Part shown: piece by piece, positions 17,551 to 26,901 of the stretch
Numbering within the stretch: the stretch's first letter is position 1
How the letters are laid out: every line of letters starts with the position of its first letter
DNA from: an uncultured Candidatus Rokubacteria bacterium
Lineage (GTDB): Bacteria > Methylomirabilota > Methylomirabilia > Rokubacteriales > CSP1-6
DNA: 64,000 nt
Assembly (NCBI GenBank): GCA_963762145.1
Contig: CAVXJS010000007.1
Location: 224,001-288,000, forward strand
Direction of reading: 5' to 3'
Made by a program: the position numbers and the translations under genes
Notes under the pieces: model-generated
Database searches by the model: none
What the model was told of the DNA's origin: nothing
The model's input: the letters and a program-made list of their open reading frames with translations, nothing else

Positions 17551-18582
17551 ATGCGTGCCCAGGTGTTCCACGGCCCGGGTGATCTGCGCCTCGAGGATCT
17601 CCCGGTGCCCGAGCCCGAGCCGGGTGGTCTCGTGATGCGCGTGGAGGCGGCGCTCACCTGCGGCACCGATGTCAAGACGCTGCGCCGCGGCCATCCCGTG
17701 ATGATCCCGCGCGTGCCGACCGTGTTCGGCCACGAGCTGGCCGGCGTGGTCACCGCGGTGGGGCGGGACGCGCCCAGCGTGAAGGAGGGCGATCGGGTCG
17801 TGGCCGCGAACTCGGCGCCCTGCGGGCGATGCCGCCTCTGCATGGCCGGACGGCCGAATCTCTGCGAGGACCTGCTCTTCGTCAACGGCGCCTACGGCCA
17901 GTACATGGCGCTGCCCCCGCGCCTGGTCGCCCGGAACGTGGTCCCGATCGGGCCGGGGCTGGCTACCTCCATCGCGGCCTTCGTCGAGCCGCTGGCCTGC
18001 GCCCTGCTGGGGATCGAGCGCGGGCGGGTCGAGCCGGGGATGACCGTGGCGATCTGGGGCCACGGCCCCCTCGGGTGCCTGCTGGCCCTGGCCGCCCGCC
18101 AGCGCGGGGCTCACGTGATCATCGTGGGCAAGACGGGCTGGCGTCTCGACCGGGTCCGCGAGCTCGAGCTGGGTACGTCCGTGGACGCCCTCACCGTCCC
18201 GGACATCCAGGAGCACCTGCGGGGGCTGACCGGGGGGCGGGGGCCCGATGTCACGGTTGACGCGACCGGCCGGCCGGAGGTCTGGGAGCAGGCCATTGAG
18301 GGGGTGGGCCGGGGAGGCACCGTGATATTGTTTGGAGGTTGCGCCCCGGGCACCTCGGTGCGGGTGGATACACGCCGGGCCCACTACGAAGAGCTCACGC
18401 TGGTGGGGGCGTTTCACCACACGCCGGGCATGATCCGACGCGCGGTGGAACTCCTTGAATCAAAGGCGATCGATCCGGCCGGACTGCTGACACATCGCAT
18501 GGGACTGGGGCAGGTGAAAGAAGCACTGGCGCTGATGGAGCGTGGTGAGACCATGAAGGTGCTGGTCGACCCCTGGCATTGA
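17551..18582 (+). CDS. zinc-dependent alcohol dehydrogenase 2
   Basis: TCGTD, FGHE, CGRCRLCMAGRPNLC and GHGPLG. Confidence 0.9.
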   Translation: MRAQVFHGPGDLRLEDLPVPEPEPGGLVMRVEAALTCGTDVKTLRRGHPVMIPRVPTVFGHELAGVVTAVGRDAPSVKEGDRVVAANSAPCGRCRLCMAGRPNLCEDLLFVNGAYGQYMALPPRLVARNVVPIGPGLATSIAAFVEPLACALLGIERGRVEPGMTVAIWGHGPLGCLLALAARQRGAHVIIVGKTGWRLDRVRELELGTSVDALTVPDIQEHLRGLTGGRGPDVTVDATGRPEVWEQAIEGVGRGGTVILFGGCAPGTSVRVDTRRAHYEELTLVGAFHHTPGMIRRAVELLESKAIDPAGLLTHRMGLGQVKEALALMERGETMKVLVDPWH

Positions 18583-18607
18583 GCACGCGGAGACAAGTGA
18601 GGGCCTC

Positions 18608-19612
18608 ATGACCACGTCGCTGCCGCTGCAACAGATCGTCCTGGCCGGACCCCGGGGCTTCTGCGCCGGGGTGGACCGGGCCATCGACATCGTCGAGCTC
18701 GCGCTCCAGGTGTGCCCGCCGCCCGTGTACGTGCGCAAGGAGATCGTGCACAACCGGCACGTGGTGGAGGCGCTCCGGGCCAAGGGCGCCCACTTCGTGG
18801 ACGAGCTGGACGAGGTGCCGGACGACGCCACCGTCATCTTCAGCGCCCACGGCATCTCTCCCGCGGTGCGCGCCGAGGCCCACCGGCGCGGGCTCCGGGT
18901 GATCGACGCCACGTGCCCGCTCGTCACCAAGGTGCATCTCGAAGCCGTCCGCTATGCGCGCGAGGGGTACACCATCATCCTGGTCGGCCACGCCGATCAC
19001 GACGAGGTGGTGGGGACCATGGGCGAGGCGCCGGACCGCATGTTCCTGATCGCCCACCCGGAAGACGTGGACAAGCTCGTGGTGGCCGATCCGGACAAGG
19101 TGGCGTATCTCACCCAGACCACGCTGTCGGTGGACGACACCCGGGACTGCATCGAGGCGCTGCGTCGTCGCTTCCCCAAGATCGTCGGGCCGGCCAAGGA
19201 CGACATCTGCTACGCGACCCAGAACCGGCAGGCGGCGGTGAAGACGGTGGCGGGCGCGGTGGACGTGCTGCTCGTCATCGGGGCGGCCAACAGCTCGAAC
19301 GCCAACCGCCTCGTCGAGGTCTCGACCGTCATGGGCACGCCGTCGTATCTCATCAACGACAAGAACGACATCCGTCCGGAGTGGCTCGAGGGCATGGACC
19401 GCGTCGGCGTCACCGCGGGCGCCTCGACCCCCGAGCACCTGGTGACGGAGGTGGTCGAGGAGCTGCGACGCAAGCGCGGCTCCAAGGTGCAGGAGGTCCA
19501 CGTGGTCGAGGAGGACGTGCGCTTCGGTCTGCCCCGGGAGCTCGAGGACATCGCCAAGGCCGCGGGGAAGCCGCTGCCGCCGCGCAGCGGCGCGGTGGCG
19601 GTGAGCGGGTAG
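18608..19612 (+). CDS. ispH: 4-hydroxy-3-methylbut-2-enyl diphosphate reductase
   Basis: PRGFCAGVDRAI, EIVHN, DATCPLVTKVH, ICYATQNRQ and TAGASTPE. Confidence 0.96.
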   Translation: MTTSLPLQQIVLAGPRGFCAGVDRAIDIVELALQVCPPPVYVRKEIVHNRHVVEALRAKGAHFVDELDEVPDDATVIFSAHGISPAVRAEAHRRGLRVIDATCPLVTKVHLEAVRYAREGYTIILVGHADHDEVVGTMGEAPDRMFLIAHPEDVDKLVVADPDKVAYLTQTTLSVDDTRDCIEALRRRFPKIVGPAKDDICYATQNRQAAVKTVAGAVDVLLVIGAANSSNANRLVEVSTVMGTPSYLINDKNDIRPEWLEGMDRVGVTAGASTPEHLVTEVVEELRRKRGSKVQEVHVVEEDVRFGLPRELEDIAKAAGKPLPPRSGAVAVSG

Positions 19613-19616
19613 GGCC

Positions 19617-20558
19617 ATGCGGCTCGTCACCTTCCGGCGCGGGCGCGGCGAGCCCAAGCCGGGCGCGCTCTGGCAGGAGCACGTGCTCGACCTGACCGGC
19701 CTCGCCAAGGATCTGGCGACCCAGCGCGGCACCGCGCGCCGCGGGCGCGGCGGCTTCCCCCGCACCGTCCTCGAGATCGTCCAGGGCGGCGACGCGGTGC
19801 TGGCGCTCACCCGGGAGGCCTGGGAGTACGGCCAGCGGCTCGTGGGGCAGACCGCGGCCGAGGAGCTGGCCCAGCGGCGGCTGGCCTACCCGGCCAAGCG
19901 CGTGCGGCTGCTCGCTCCGATCCCGTCGCCGTCCCGGAACGTCTTCTGCCTCGGGCGCAACTACGCCGACCACGCGGCCGAGCGGGGAGCGGCCGCGCCC
20001 GAGCATCCGGTCTACTTCACCAAGCCCGCGACCGCGGTGGTGGGGCCGGGCGACGACGTGGTGCACCACGCGATCACCAAGGAGCTGGACTACGAGGTCG
20101 AGCTGACCGCGGTGATCGGCACCGGCGGGCGCGACATCCCGCGCGCCGAAGCGCTCAAGCACGTCTTCGGCTACACCATCATCAACGACGTGACCGCGCG
20201 CGATCTGCAGAAGCGCCACCAGCAGTGGTTCAAGGGCAAGTCGCTCGACACCTTCTGCCCGATGGGCCCGGTGCTGGTCACCGCCGACGAGATCCCGGAC
20301 CCGCAGGCCCTCGCGATCTCCCTCCGGGTGAACGGGCAGGTCCGCCAGTCGAGCAACACCGCCAAGATGATCTTCCCGGTCGCCCAGTGCATCGAGGTGC
20401 TCTCCCAGGGCATGACGCTGCTGCCCGGAGACATCATCGCCACCGGCACGCCGGAGGGGGTCGGGGCGGCGAGCGGGAATTTCCTCAAGGCGGGAGATCG
20501 CCTCGAGGCGGAAGTTGAGAGTATCGGGGTCCTCCACAGCAAAATAGTCCGCCCTTAG
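19617..20558 (+). CDS. fumarylacetoacetate hydrolase family protein
   Basis: CLGRNYADH, LDYEVEL, NDVTARDLQ, KGKSLDTFCPMGP and GDIIATGTPEGVG. Confidence 0.92.
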   Translation: MRLVTFRRGRGEPKPGALWQEHVLDLTGLAKDLATQRGTARRGRGGFPRTVLEIVQGGDAVLALTREAWEYGQRLVGQTAAEELAQRRLAYPAKRVRLLAPIPSPSRNVFCLGRNYADHAAERGAAAPEHPVYFTKPATAVVGPGDDVVHHAITKELDYEVELTAVIGTGGRDIPRAEALKHVFGYTIINDVTARDLQKRHQQWFKGKSLDTFCPMGPVLVTADEIPDPQALAISLRVNGQVRQSSNTAKMIFPVAQCIEVLSQGMTLLPGDIIATGTPEGVGAASGNFLKAGDRLEAEVESIGVLHSKIVRP

Positions 20559-20571
20559 GCGGGCCGCCGAT

Positions 20572-20672
20572 AAGGGCCCAGCTGCTTCGTTGGCGCCCTC
20601 GGCCGCCCGCTCAACGTACAGGAGTACGCCTCGCGGGCGGCTCTTCGGGCGCCGCCTCGCATCTGGACCCTT
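20572..20672. repeat. approximately 100-bp imperfect palindromic (REP-like) element
   Basis: Nested arms aagggcccag/ctggaccctt, ggcgccc/gggcgcc and gccgcccgc/gcgggcggc around a cgtac-agga-gtacg apex. Confidence 0.75.
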
Positions 20673-20707
20673 CTCGACGCCCCGGTATCTCTCTACCCCA
20701 GTCGTGA

Positions 20708-20736
20708 TTGCGGCGCGCTGTGTAGCGGGCTAGCAT
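20708..20736 (+). promoter_or_regulatory. putative sigma70 promoter for the amidohydrolase operon
   Basis: TTGCGG, 17-bp spacer, TAGCAT; GGGAGG RBS before the ATG at 20758. Confidence 0.45.
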
Positions 20737-20757
20737 GCGGGGCCGGGAGGGCGTGCC

Positions 20758-22212
20758 ATGCGAACGGTGATCGAGGGTGGGTGGGTCGTGGCGTGGGATG
20801 GGAAGAGCCACGAGGTTCATGAGCAGGGGAGCGTGGTGTTCGAGGACGACCGCGTCGTCCACGCGGGGCCCGCGTGGACGGGGACGGCCGACGCAAGGAT
20901 CGAGGCGCGTGGCAAGCTGGTCTCGCCCGGCTTCATCAACACCCACGTTCACACCGCGGGCGGCGGGGGCGACTACCTGCTGCTCGACATGGCCAAGAAC
21001 GACTACCGCACCGCGAACTACATGGCCTTCGCGGCGCCGCTCAAGGGCAAGATGGCGCCGCCTCCCGCCGAGCCCACCGCGGCGATCCGCGCCTTCACCT
21101 TCCTGCACGCACTGAAGAACGGGACCACGACCGTCATCGACGTGGGCGGTCTCCGCGGCGACTGGGAAGGCTACGCGCGCCTGGTGGACGAGCTCGGGGT
21201 GCGGGTCTACGGGGGCCCGCCGTTCCGCGATCGCGACACCTACACGGACGCGCAGGGCCGGCTCTACTACGAGGAGGACGCGGCGGCGGGGCGCGCGCGC
21301 CTGCAGGAGGCGGTGGACTTCGGGCGCAAGTTCGACGGCGCGGCCGGAGGCCGGCTGCGCGTGCTCTTCAACGCGGCCCAGGTCGAGACGTGCAGCGAGC
21401 CGCTGCTCCGGGCCGGCAAGGACGCGGCGCGCGCGCAGAACGCGCCCATCCACACTCACGCGGGCGGCAACCTCGTCGAGTTCCAGCGCATCATGGACGA
21501 GTACCGGAAGACGCCGATCCGCTTCCTGTCCGACATCGGCTTCCTCGACGATCGCACCCTGCTCGGGCACGCGGTGTTCACCACCGCGCACGACTGGGCG
21601 CGCTATCCGTTCGGCGACGACCTGGCCGTGCTGGCCGAGCGCGGCTCGACCGTCGGCCACTGCCCGTACAAGTACGCGAAGATGGCGATGACGCTCCGCT
21701 CCTTCCAGCGCTACCTGGACGCGGGGGTGACGCTGGCCCTCGGCACCGACACCTATCCGCTCGACATGGTGTCCGAGCTGCGCTGGGCGTCCATCCTGGC
21801 CAAGATCACCGACGCCAACTACCAGGCGGGCCTCGCCCGCGACGTTTTCAACGCGGCCACCATCGGTGGCTGCCGCTTCCTGGGGCGCGAGGACCTGGGG
21901 CGCCTGGCCCCGGGGGCCAAGGCCGACATCCTGCTGATCAACCTGGATCACGTCGGCGGCTCGCTCTACGCGGACCCGATCAAGGCGCTGGTGGACTCGG
22001 CCTCGGGCCGCGACGTGGACACCGCGATCGTGGACGGCCAGGTGCTGGTGCAGGGCGGGCGCGCCACCCGCGTGGACGAGGACGCGGTGTACGCGAAAGC
22101 GCGCGAGGTCACCCAGCACTACTGGAGCCGCGTGTCGGGCTGGCGCTGGGACGGCGCCACCGTGGATCAGATCGTTCCGCCCGCGTTTCCGATTCGCCGG
22201 GCGCGCGCGTGA
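20758..22212 (+). CDS. metal-dependent amidohydrolase (chlorohydrolase/MTA deaminase-like)
   Basis: PGFINTHVH, IHTHAG, GHAVF, LGTDTYP and GRLAPGAKAD. Confidence 0.88.
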   Translation: MRTVIEGGWVVAWDGKSHEVHEQGSVVFEDDRVVHAGPAWTGTADARIEARGKLVSPGFINTHVHTAGGGGDYLLLDMAKNDYRTANYMAFAAPLKGKMAPPPAEPTAAIRAFTFLHALKNGTTTVIDVGGLRGDWEGYARLVDELGVRVYGGPPFRDRDTYTDAQGRLYYEEDAAAGRARLQEAVDFGRKFDGAAGGRLRVLFNAAQVETCSEPLLRAGKDAARAQNAPIHTHAGGNLVEFQRIMDEYRKTPIRFLSDIGFLDDRTLLGHAVFTTAHDWARYPFGDDLAVLAERGSTVGHCPYKYAKMAMTLRSFQRYLDAGVTLALGTDTYPLDMVSELRWASILAKITDANYQAGLARDVFNAATIGGCRFLGREDLGRLAPGAKADILLINLDHVGGSLYADPIKALVDSASGRDVDTAIVDGQVLVQGGRATRVDEDAVYAKAREVTQHYWSRVSGWRWDGATVDQIVPPAFPIRRARA

Positions 22213-23744
22213 GGCGATCGCTCGCGCTCGGGCTCCTGCTGCTGCTCGCGGTCTGCGCGTACCCGGTGTCGGCTCCGGCCGCGCCGGCGGGCACCCTGAC
22301 GTGGGGCGTGCACGTGTCATTGGCGCCCACCTTCTTCGATCCCGCCGAGGCCACCGGCACCGCGCTGCCCCTGATGGTCTACTACGCGATCCACGACGCC
22401 CTCGTGCGCCCGCTGCCCGGCACCGCGATGGGGGCGGCGCTCGCCACGTCCTGGACGGTGAGCCGCGACGGCCTCGTCTACGAGTTCGCCCTGCGCAAGG
22501 GTGTCACCTTCCACAACGGCGATCCGCTGACCGCGGACGACGTGAAGTTCACCTTCGAGCGCTACCGGGGCGCCAGTGCGAGCCTGCTCAAGGCGAAGGT
22601 GGCCGCGGTGGAGGTGGTGGATCCGCACCGGGTGCGCTTCCGCCTCAAGCAGCCGTGGCCGGACTTCATGACGTTCTACGGCACGCCCGCGACCGGCGCC
22701 GCGTGGATCGTGCCCAAGAAGTACGTGGAGCGCGTGGGCGACGAGGGCTTCAAGAAGGCGCCGATGGGGGCGGGCCCCTACAAGTTCGTCTCCTTCAAGC
22801 CCGGGGTGGAGCTGGTCATGGAGGCCCACGAGGGGTACTGGCGCAAGCCGCCCATCGTGAAGACCCTGGTCTTCAAGGTCATCCCCGACGACGCCACGCG
22901 TCTGGCCGCGCTCAAGCGCGGCGAGATCGACATCGCCTACGGACTGGTCGGCGAGCTGGCCGAGGAAGTGCGCCGGACGCCGGGGCTCACGCTGAAGGCC
23001 GCGCAGATCCCGGTCACGCTCTGGCTCGTGTTCGCGGACCAGAACGATCCGAAGTCGCCCTGGGCCGACCGCCGCGTGCGCCTCGCGGCCAACCTGGCCA
23101 TCAATCGCAAGGCGGTCAACGAGGCGAGCTATCTGGGGCTCGGCAAGATCTCCGCCTCGATCATCCCGCAGAGCCTCGAGTACTACTGGGCGCCGCCGGC
23201 CTATCCTCACGATCCGGCGGGCGCGCGGCGGCTGCTGGCGGAGGCGGGATACCCGCAGGGCTTCGACGCCGGGGAGCTGTCGAGCGAGCCGTTCGCGGCG
23301 TCCGGCATCGGCGAGCCGGTGATCAACGATCTCAAGGCGGTGGGCATCCGGCTCCGGCTGCGCCCGCTCGAGCGCGCAGCGTTCCTCAAGCAGTACGGCG
23401 ACAAGAGCCTGAAACACGTGATCCTGGCTGGCTCGGGCGCCCCCGGCACCGCGGCGACGCGGCTCGAGCAGTACGTGATCAGCGGCGGGCTCTACACGTA
23501 TACCGCCATCCCGGAGGTGGACGGGCTCTACAACGCGCAGGCCAACGAGCTGAACCAGCGGACCCGCCGGGTCATCCTCGACAAGATGCAGCAGATCATC
23601 CACGATCGCGTGCTGTTCGGCCCGGTGCTCGAGTACGCGTACCTCGTCAGCATCGGGCCGCGCCTCGAGGTGGACAATCTCAACGTGCTCCCGCAGAACC
23701 CGTACACGGCTCCGTACGAGGAGCTCCGGATCCGCGCCCGATGA
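22209..23744 (+). CDS. family 5 (peptide/nickel) ABC solute-binding protein
   Basis: GTG at 22209 (GTGA overlap); signal peptide; LRKGVTFHNGDPLTADDVKFT and MGAGPYKF. Confidence 0.9.
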   Translation: MRRSLALGLLLLLAVCAYPVSAPAAPAGTLTWGVHVSLAPTFFDPAEATGTALPLMVYYAIHDALVRPLPGTAMGAALATSWTVSRDGLVYEFALRKGVTFHNGDPLTADDVKFTFERYRGASASLLKAKVAAVEVVDPHRVRFRLKQPWPDFMTFYGTPATGAAWIVPKKYVERVGDEGFKKAPMGAGPYKFVSFKPGVELVMEAHEGYWRKPPIVKTLVFKVIPDDATRLAALKRGEIDIAYGLVGELAEEVRRTPGLTLKAAQIPVTLWLVFADQNDPKSPWADRRVRLAANLAINRKAVNEASYLGLGKISASIIPQSLEYYWAPPAYPHDPAGARRLLAEAGYPQGFDAGELSSEPFAASGIGEPVINDLKAVGIRLRLRPLERAAFLKQYGDKSLKHVILAGSGAPGTAATRLEQYVISGGLYTYTAIPEVDGLYNAQANELNQRTRRVILDKMQQIIHDRVLFGPVLEYAYLVSIGPRLEVDNLNVLPQNPYTAPYEELRIRAR

Positions 23745-24751
23745 GCCCGACCGGAACCATGACCAGGCGGCAGCGGGTGACGGCGGCGCTCGCGGGCCGG
23801 GCGGTGGACCGGATCCCGCTCGCGTTCTGGCTCCACAATTTCGCGACCGAGAACTCGGCCGAGGGACTGGCCGACGAGACGCTCCGGCTCGCGCGGACCT
23901 TCGACTGGGACTTCCTGAAGCCGCAGTCGCGTGCCCAGTGCTTCGCCGAGATGTGGGGGCTCACCTACGCCCCGTCGGGAGAGAAGGCCACGCCATACAC
24001 GGTCACCTACGCGCCGGTGGGCTCGGCGGACGACCTCGCCCGGCTGCCCGCAGTCGATCCCGGCGGGGGCGCGCTCGGCGAGCAGCTCCTGGCCCTCCGG
24101 CTCATTCGCGCCGCGGTCGGCCCCGACGTGCCGATCATCTGGACGATCTTCGCCCCGCCGATGATCCTGCCGATGCTGGCCCGGGGCGGGCGCGACCAGG
24201 CGATGCGCTTCCTCCGGGAGACCCCGCGCGAGACGGCGCGCGCGTTCGACGTGATGGCGGAGACGCTCGCGGAGTACGCGCGGCTCTGCCTGGCCGCGGG
24301 CGCGGACGGGCTCTTCTACGCGACCAACGTGGCGACGCGGGCGCTGATGAGCGCGGAGGAGTGCCGGCGGTGGCAGCGCCCGTGGGACCTGCGCATCCTG
24401 AAGGCGGTCGAGGGCGCCCCGTTCAACCTGCTCCACGTCTGCGGCACGGGCATCCAGGTCGAGGAGTTCGCCGACTACCCGGTCACCGCGTGGAGCTTCG
24501 CCGCGGTGCCGGGGAACCCGACCCTCGCGGAGGTGCGGGCGCGCACCGGCCGCGCGGTCGTGGGCGGGCTGCCGGCCAAGCCCGAGATCGCGGGGATGAC
24601 GGAGGCCGCGCTCGTGGAGCGGGCGCGCGCGGCCACGCGCGCGATCGACCGCGGGCTCCTGCTCGGGCCCGACTGCTCGATCAACCCGGACACGCCGGAA
24701 CGGCTGCTCCACGCGGTCGGCGCGGAGGTACGGCACAGCGCATCATCTTGA
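23741..24751 (+). CDS. uroporphyrinogen decarboxylase-like / MtaA-CmuA family protein
   Basis: ATGA overlap; RQRVTAALAGRAVDRIPLAFW, AGADGLF, LLHVCG and LLGPDCSI. Confidence 0.75.
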   Translation: MSPTGTMTRRQRVTAALAGRAVDRIPLAFWLHNFATENSAEGLADETLRLARTFDWDFLKPQSRAQCFAEMWGLTYAPSGEKATPYTVTYAPVGSADDLARLPAVDPGGGALGEQLLALRLIRAAVGPDVPIIWTIFAPPMILPMLARGGRDQAMRFLRETPRETARAFDVMAETLAEYARLCLAAGADGLFYATNVATRALMSAEECRRWQRPWDLRILKAVEGAPFNLLHVCGTGIQVEEFADYPVTAWSFAAVPGNPTLAEVRARTGRAVVGGLPAKPEIAGMTEAALVERARAATRAIDRGLLLGPDCSINPDTPERLLHAVGAEVRHSASS

Positions 24752-24832
24752 CCGCTGGAAGGCCCCGTAACGCTGTGGTAGCATCCCCGCCACACTGACC
24801 GCATCGTCCTTCTTCCTCCCCAGGAGGCATGC

Positions 24833-26901
24833 ATGGACATCGCCAAGATTCGCAATGTCGCATTCGTCGGCCACGGCGGCGTGGGCAAGACCTCCCTGGT
24901 CGAGGCGATCCTGTTCGCGTGCGGCGCCAGCACCCGGCTCGGCCGCGTCGACGACGGGACCACCACCACCGACTTCGACCCCGACGAGATCAAGCGCAAG
25001 ATCTCGCTCAACACCGCGGTCGGCTTCGCCGATCACCAGGGTCATCGGCTGAACCTCATCGACACGCCCGGATACGGCGACTTCGTGGCCGACGCGCGCG
25101 CGGGCCTGCGGGTGGCGGGCGCCGCGGTGGTGGTGGTGGACGCGGTGGCGGGCGTGCAGGTGCAGACCGAGAAGGTCTGGAAGTTCGCCAACGACTTCGC
25201 CCTGCCGCGCGCGATCGTGGTCAACCGGCTCGACCGCGAGCGGGCCGACTTCTTCCGCACCCTCGAGTCGCTGCAGAAGCGCCTCAAGGGCCGGCTCGTC
25301 CCACTGCAGCTCCCGATCGGGAGCGAGAGCGGCCTGAGCGGGGTGGTGGACCTGATCGCGCTGCGGGCCCTCGTGCTGGCCGACGGCAAGGTCAAGGCAA
25401 CCGAGATCCCGGCCGATCTCGTCGAGACCGCCAAGTCGTACCGCGAGAAGGTGGTCGAGGCCGCCGCCGAGACCGACGACGATCTGCTCGCGAAGTACCT
25501 CGAGGAGGGCTCGATCGGCGAGCCGGAGATGCTGGCCGCGCTGCGCCGCGCGATCACGTCCGGCGACCTCGTGCCCATCCTGGCCACCTCGGCCACCGCG
25601 GAATCGGGATCGCCCCGCTGCTCGACCTGCTGGTGAAGGAGTTCCCGTCGCCCGCAGACGCGCCGGAGGTGGAGGGGACGGAGCCGCGCACCAAGGCGGC
25701 GGCCCGGCGCGCCGCCGATCCCAAGGCCCCGCTCAGCGCGGTGGTGTTCAAGACGATCTCGGACCCGCACGTGGGCAAGCTTTCCGTCTTCCGCGTCTAC
25801 TCGGGGACGCTGCGGGCCGACAGCCAGGTCTACAACCCGCGCCGCGACAGCCGCGAGCGGATCGGACACCTCGGCTGGCTCTCCGGCAAGACCCAGAAGC
25901 CGGTGGAGGCCCTCGGCCCGGGTGAGATCGGCGTGGTCGCCAAGCTCAAGGACACCCTCACCGGCGACACCCTCTGCGAGGAGGCACATCCGGTGGTGCT
26001 GCCCGGCATCTCCTTCCCGGAGCCGGCGATCTCCTTCGCGATCCAGCCGAAGACGCGCGGCGACGAGGACAAGATCTCGACCGCGCTGCACCGCATGGCC
26101 GAGGAAGATCCCACCCTGCACCACCACTACGACCCGGAGACCAAGCAGCTCCTGGTCTCGGGCATGGGGCAGCTCCACGTCGAGGTGGTGGTGGAGCGGA
26201 TGAAGCGGAAGTACAACGTGGACGTGTCCTTGCTCCCGCCGCGCATTCCCTACCGGGAGACGGTCAAGGGGCGCGCCGAGGTGCAGGGCAAGTACAAGAA
26301 GCAGACCGGCGGGCGCGGCCAGTACGGCGACACCTGGATCCGCGTGGAGCCGCTCACGCGCGGCGGCGGCTTCGAGTTCGTCGACGACATCTTCGGCGGC
26401 GCGATCCCGCGCAACTTCATCCCCTCGGTGGAGAAGGGGGTGCGCGATTGCATGAAGCGGGGGATCCTCGCCGGCTACCCGGTGGTGGACCTCAAGGTCA
26501 CCCTCTACGACGGCTCCTATCACGACGTGGACTCGTCCGACATGGCCTTCCAGATCGCGGCCTCGATGGGCCTGCAGAAGGGCTTCATGGAGGCCAAGCC
26601 GTGCCTGCTCGAGCCGGTGATGAACGTGGAGGTCACCGCGCCGGCGGAGGGCGCGGGCGACGTCATCGGCGATCTGAACGGCCGGCGCGGCCGCATCGTG
26701 GGCATGGAGCCGGATGGTGACGTGGTGGCGGTGCGCGCGCAGGTCCCGATGTCCGAGATGCTCACCTACGAGTCGAGCCTGCGCTCGATGACCGGCGGCC
26801 GCGGCGGCTACTCGATGGAGTTCTCCCACTACGAGGAAGTGCCGAACCAGCAGGCCGAGAAAGTCGTCGCCGCCCACCGGGCCGAGAAAGAGAAGCACTA
26901 A
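24833..26901 (+). CDS. fusA: elongation factor G paralogue (EF-G2-like); one apparent frameshift near 25597
   Basis: GHGGVGKTS, DTPGYGDF and NRLD in one frame; GMGQLH, KKQTGGRGQYG and DGSYHDVDSSDMAF in another. One added base (acc-cgc-gga) restores the frame. Confidence 0.88.
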
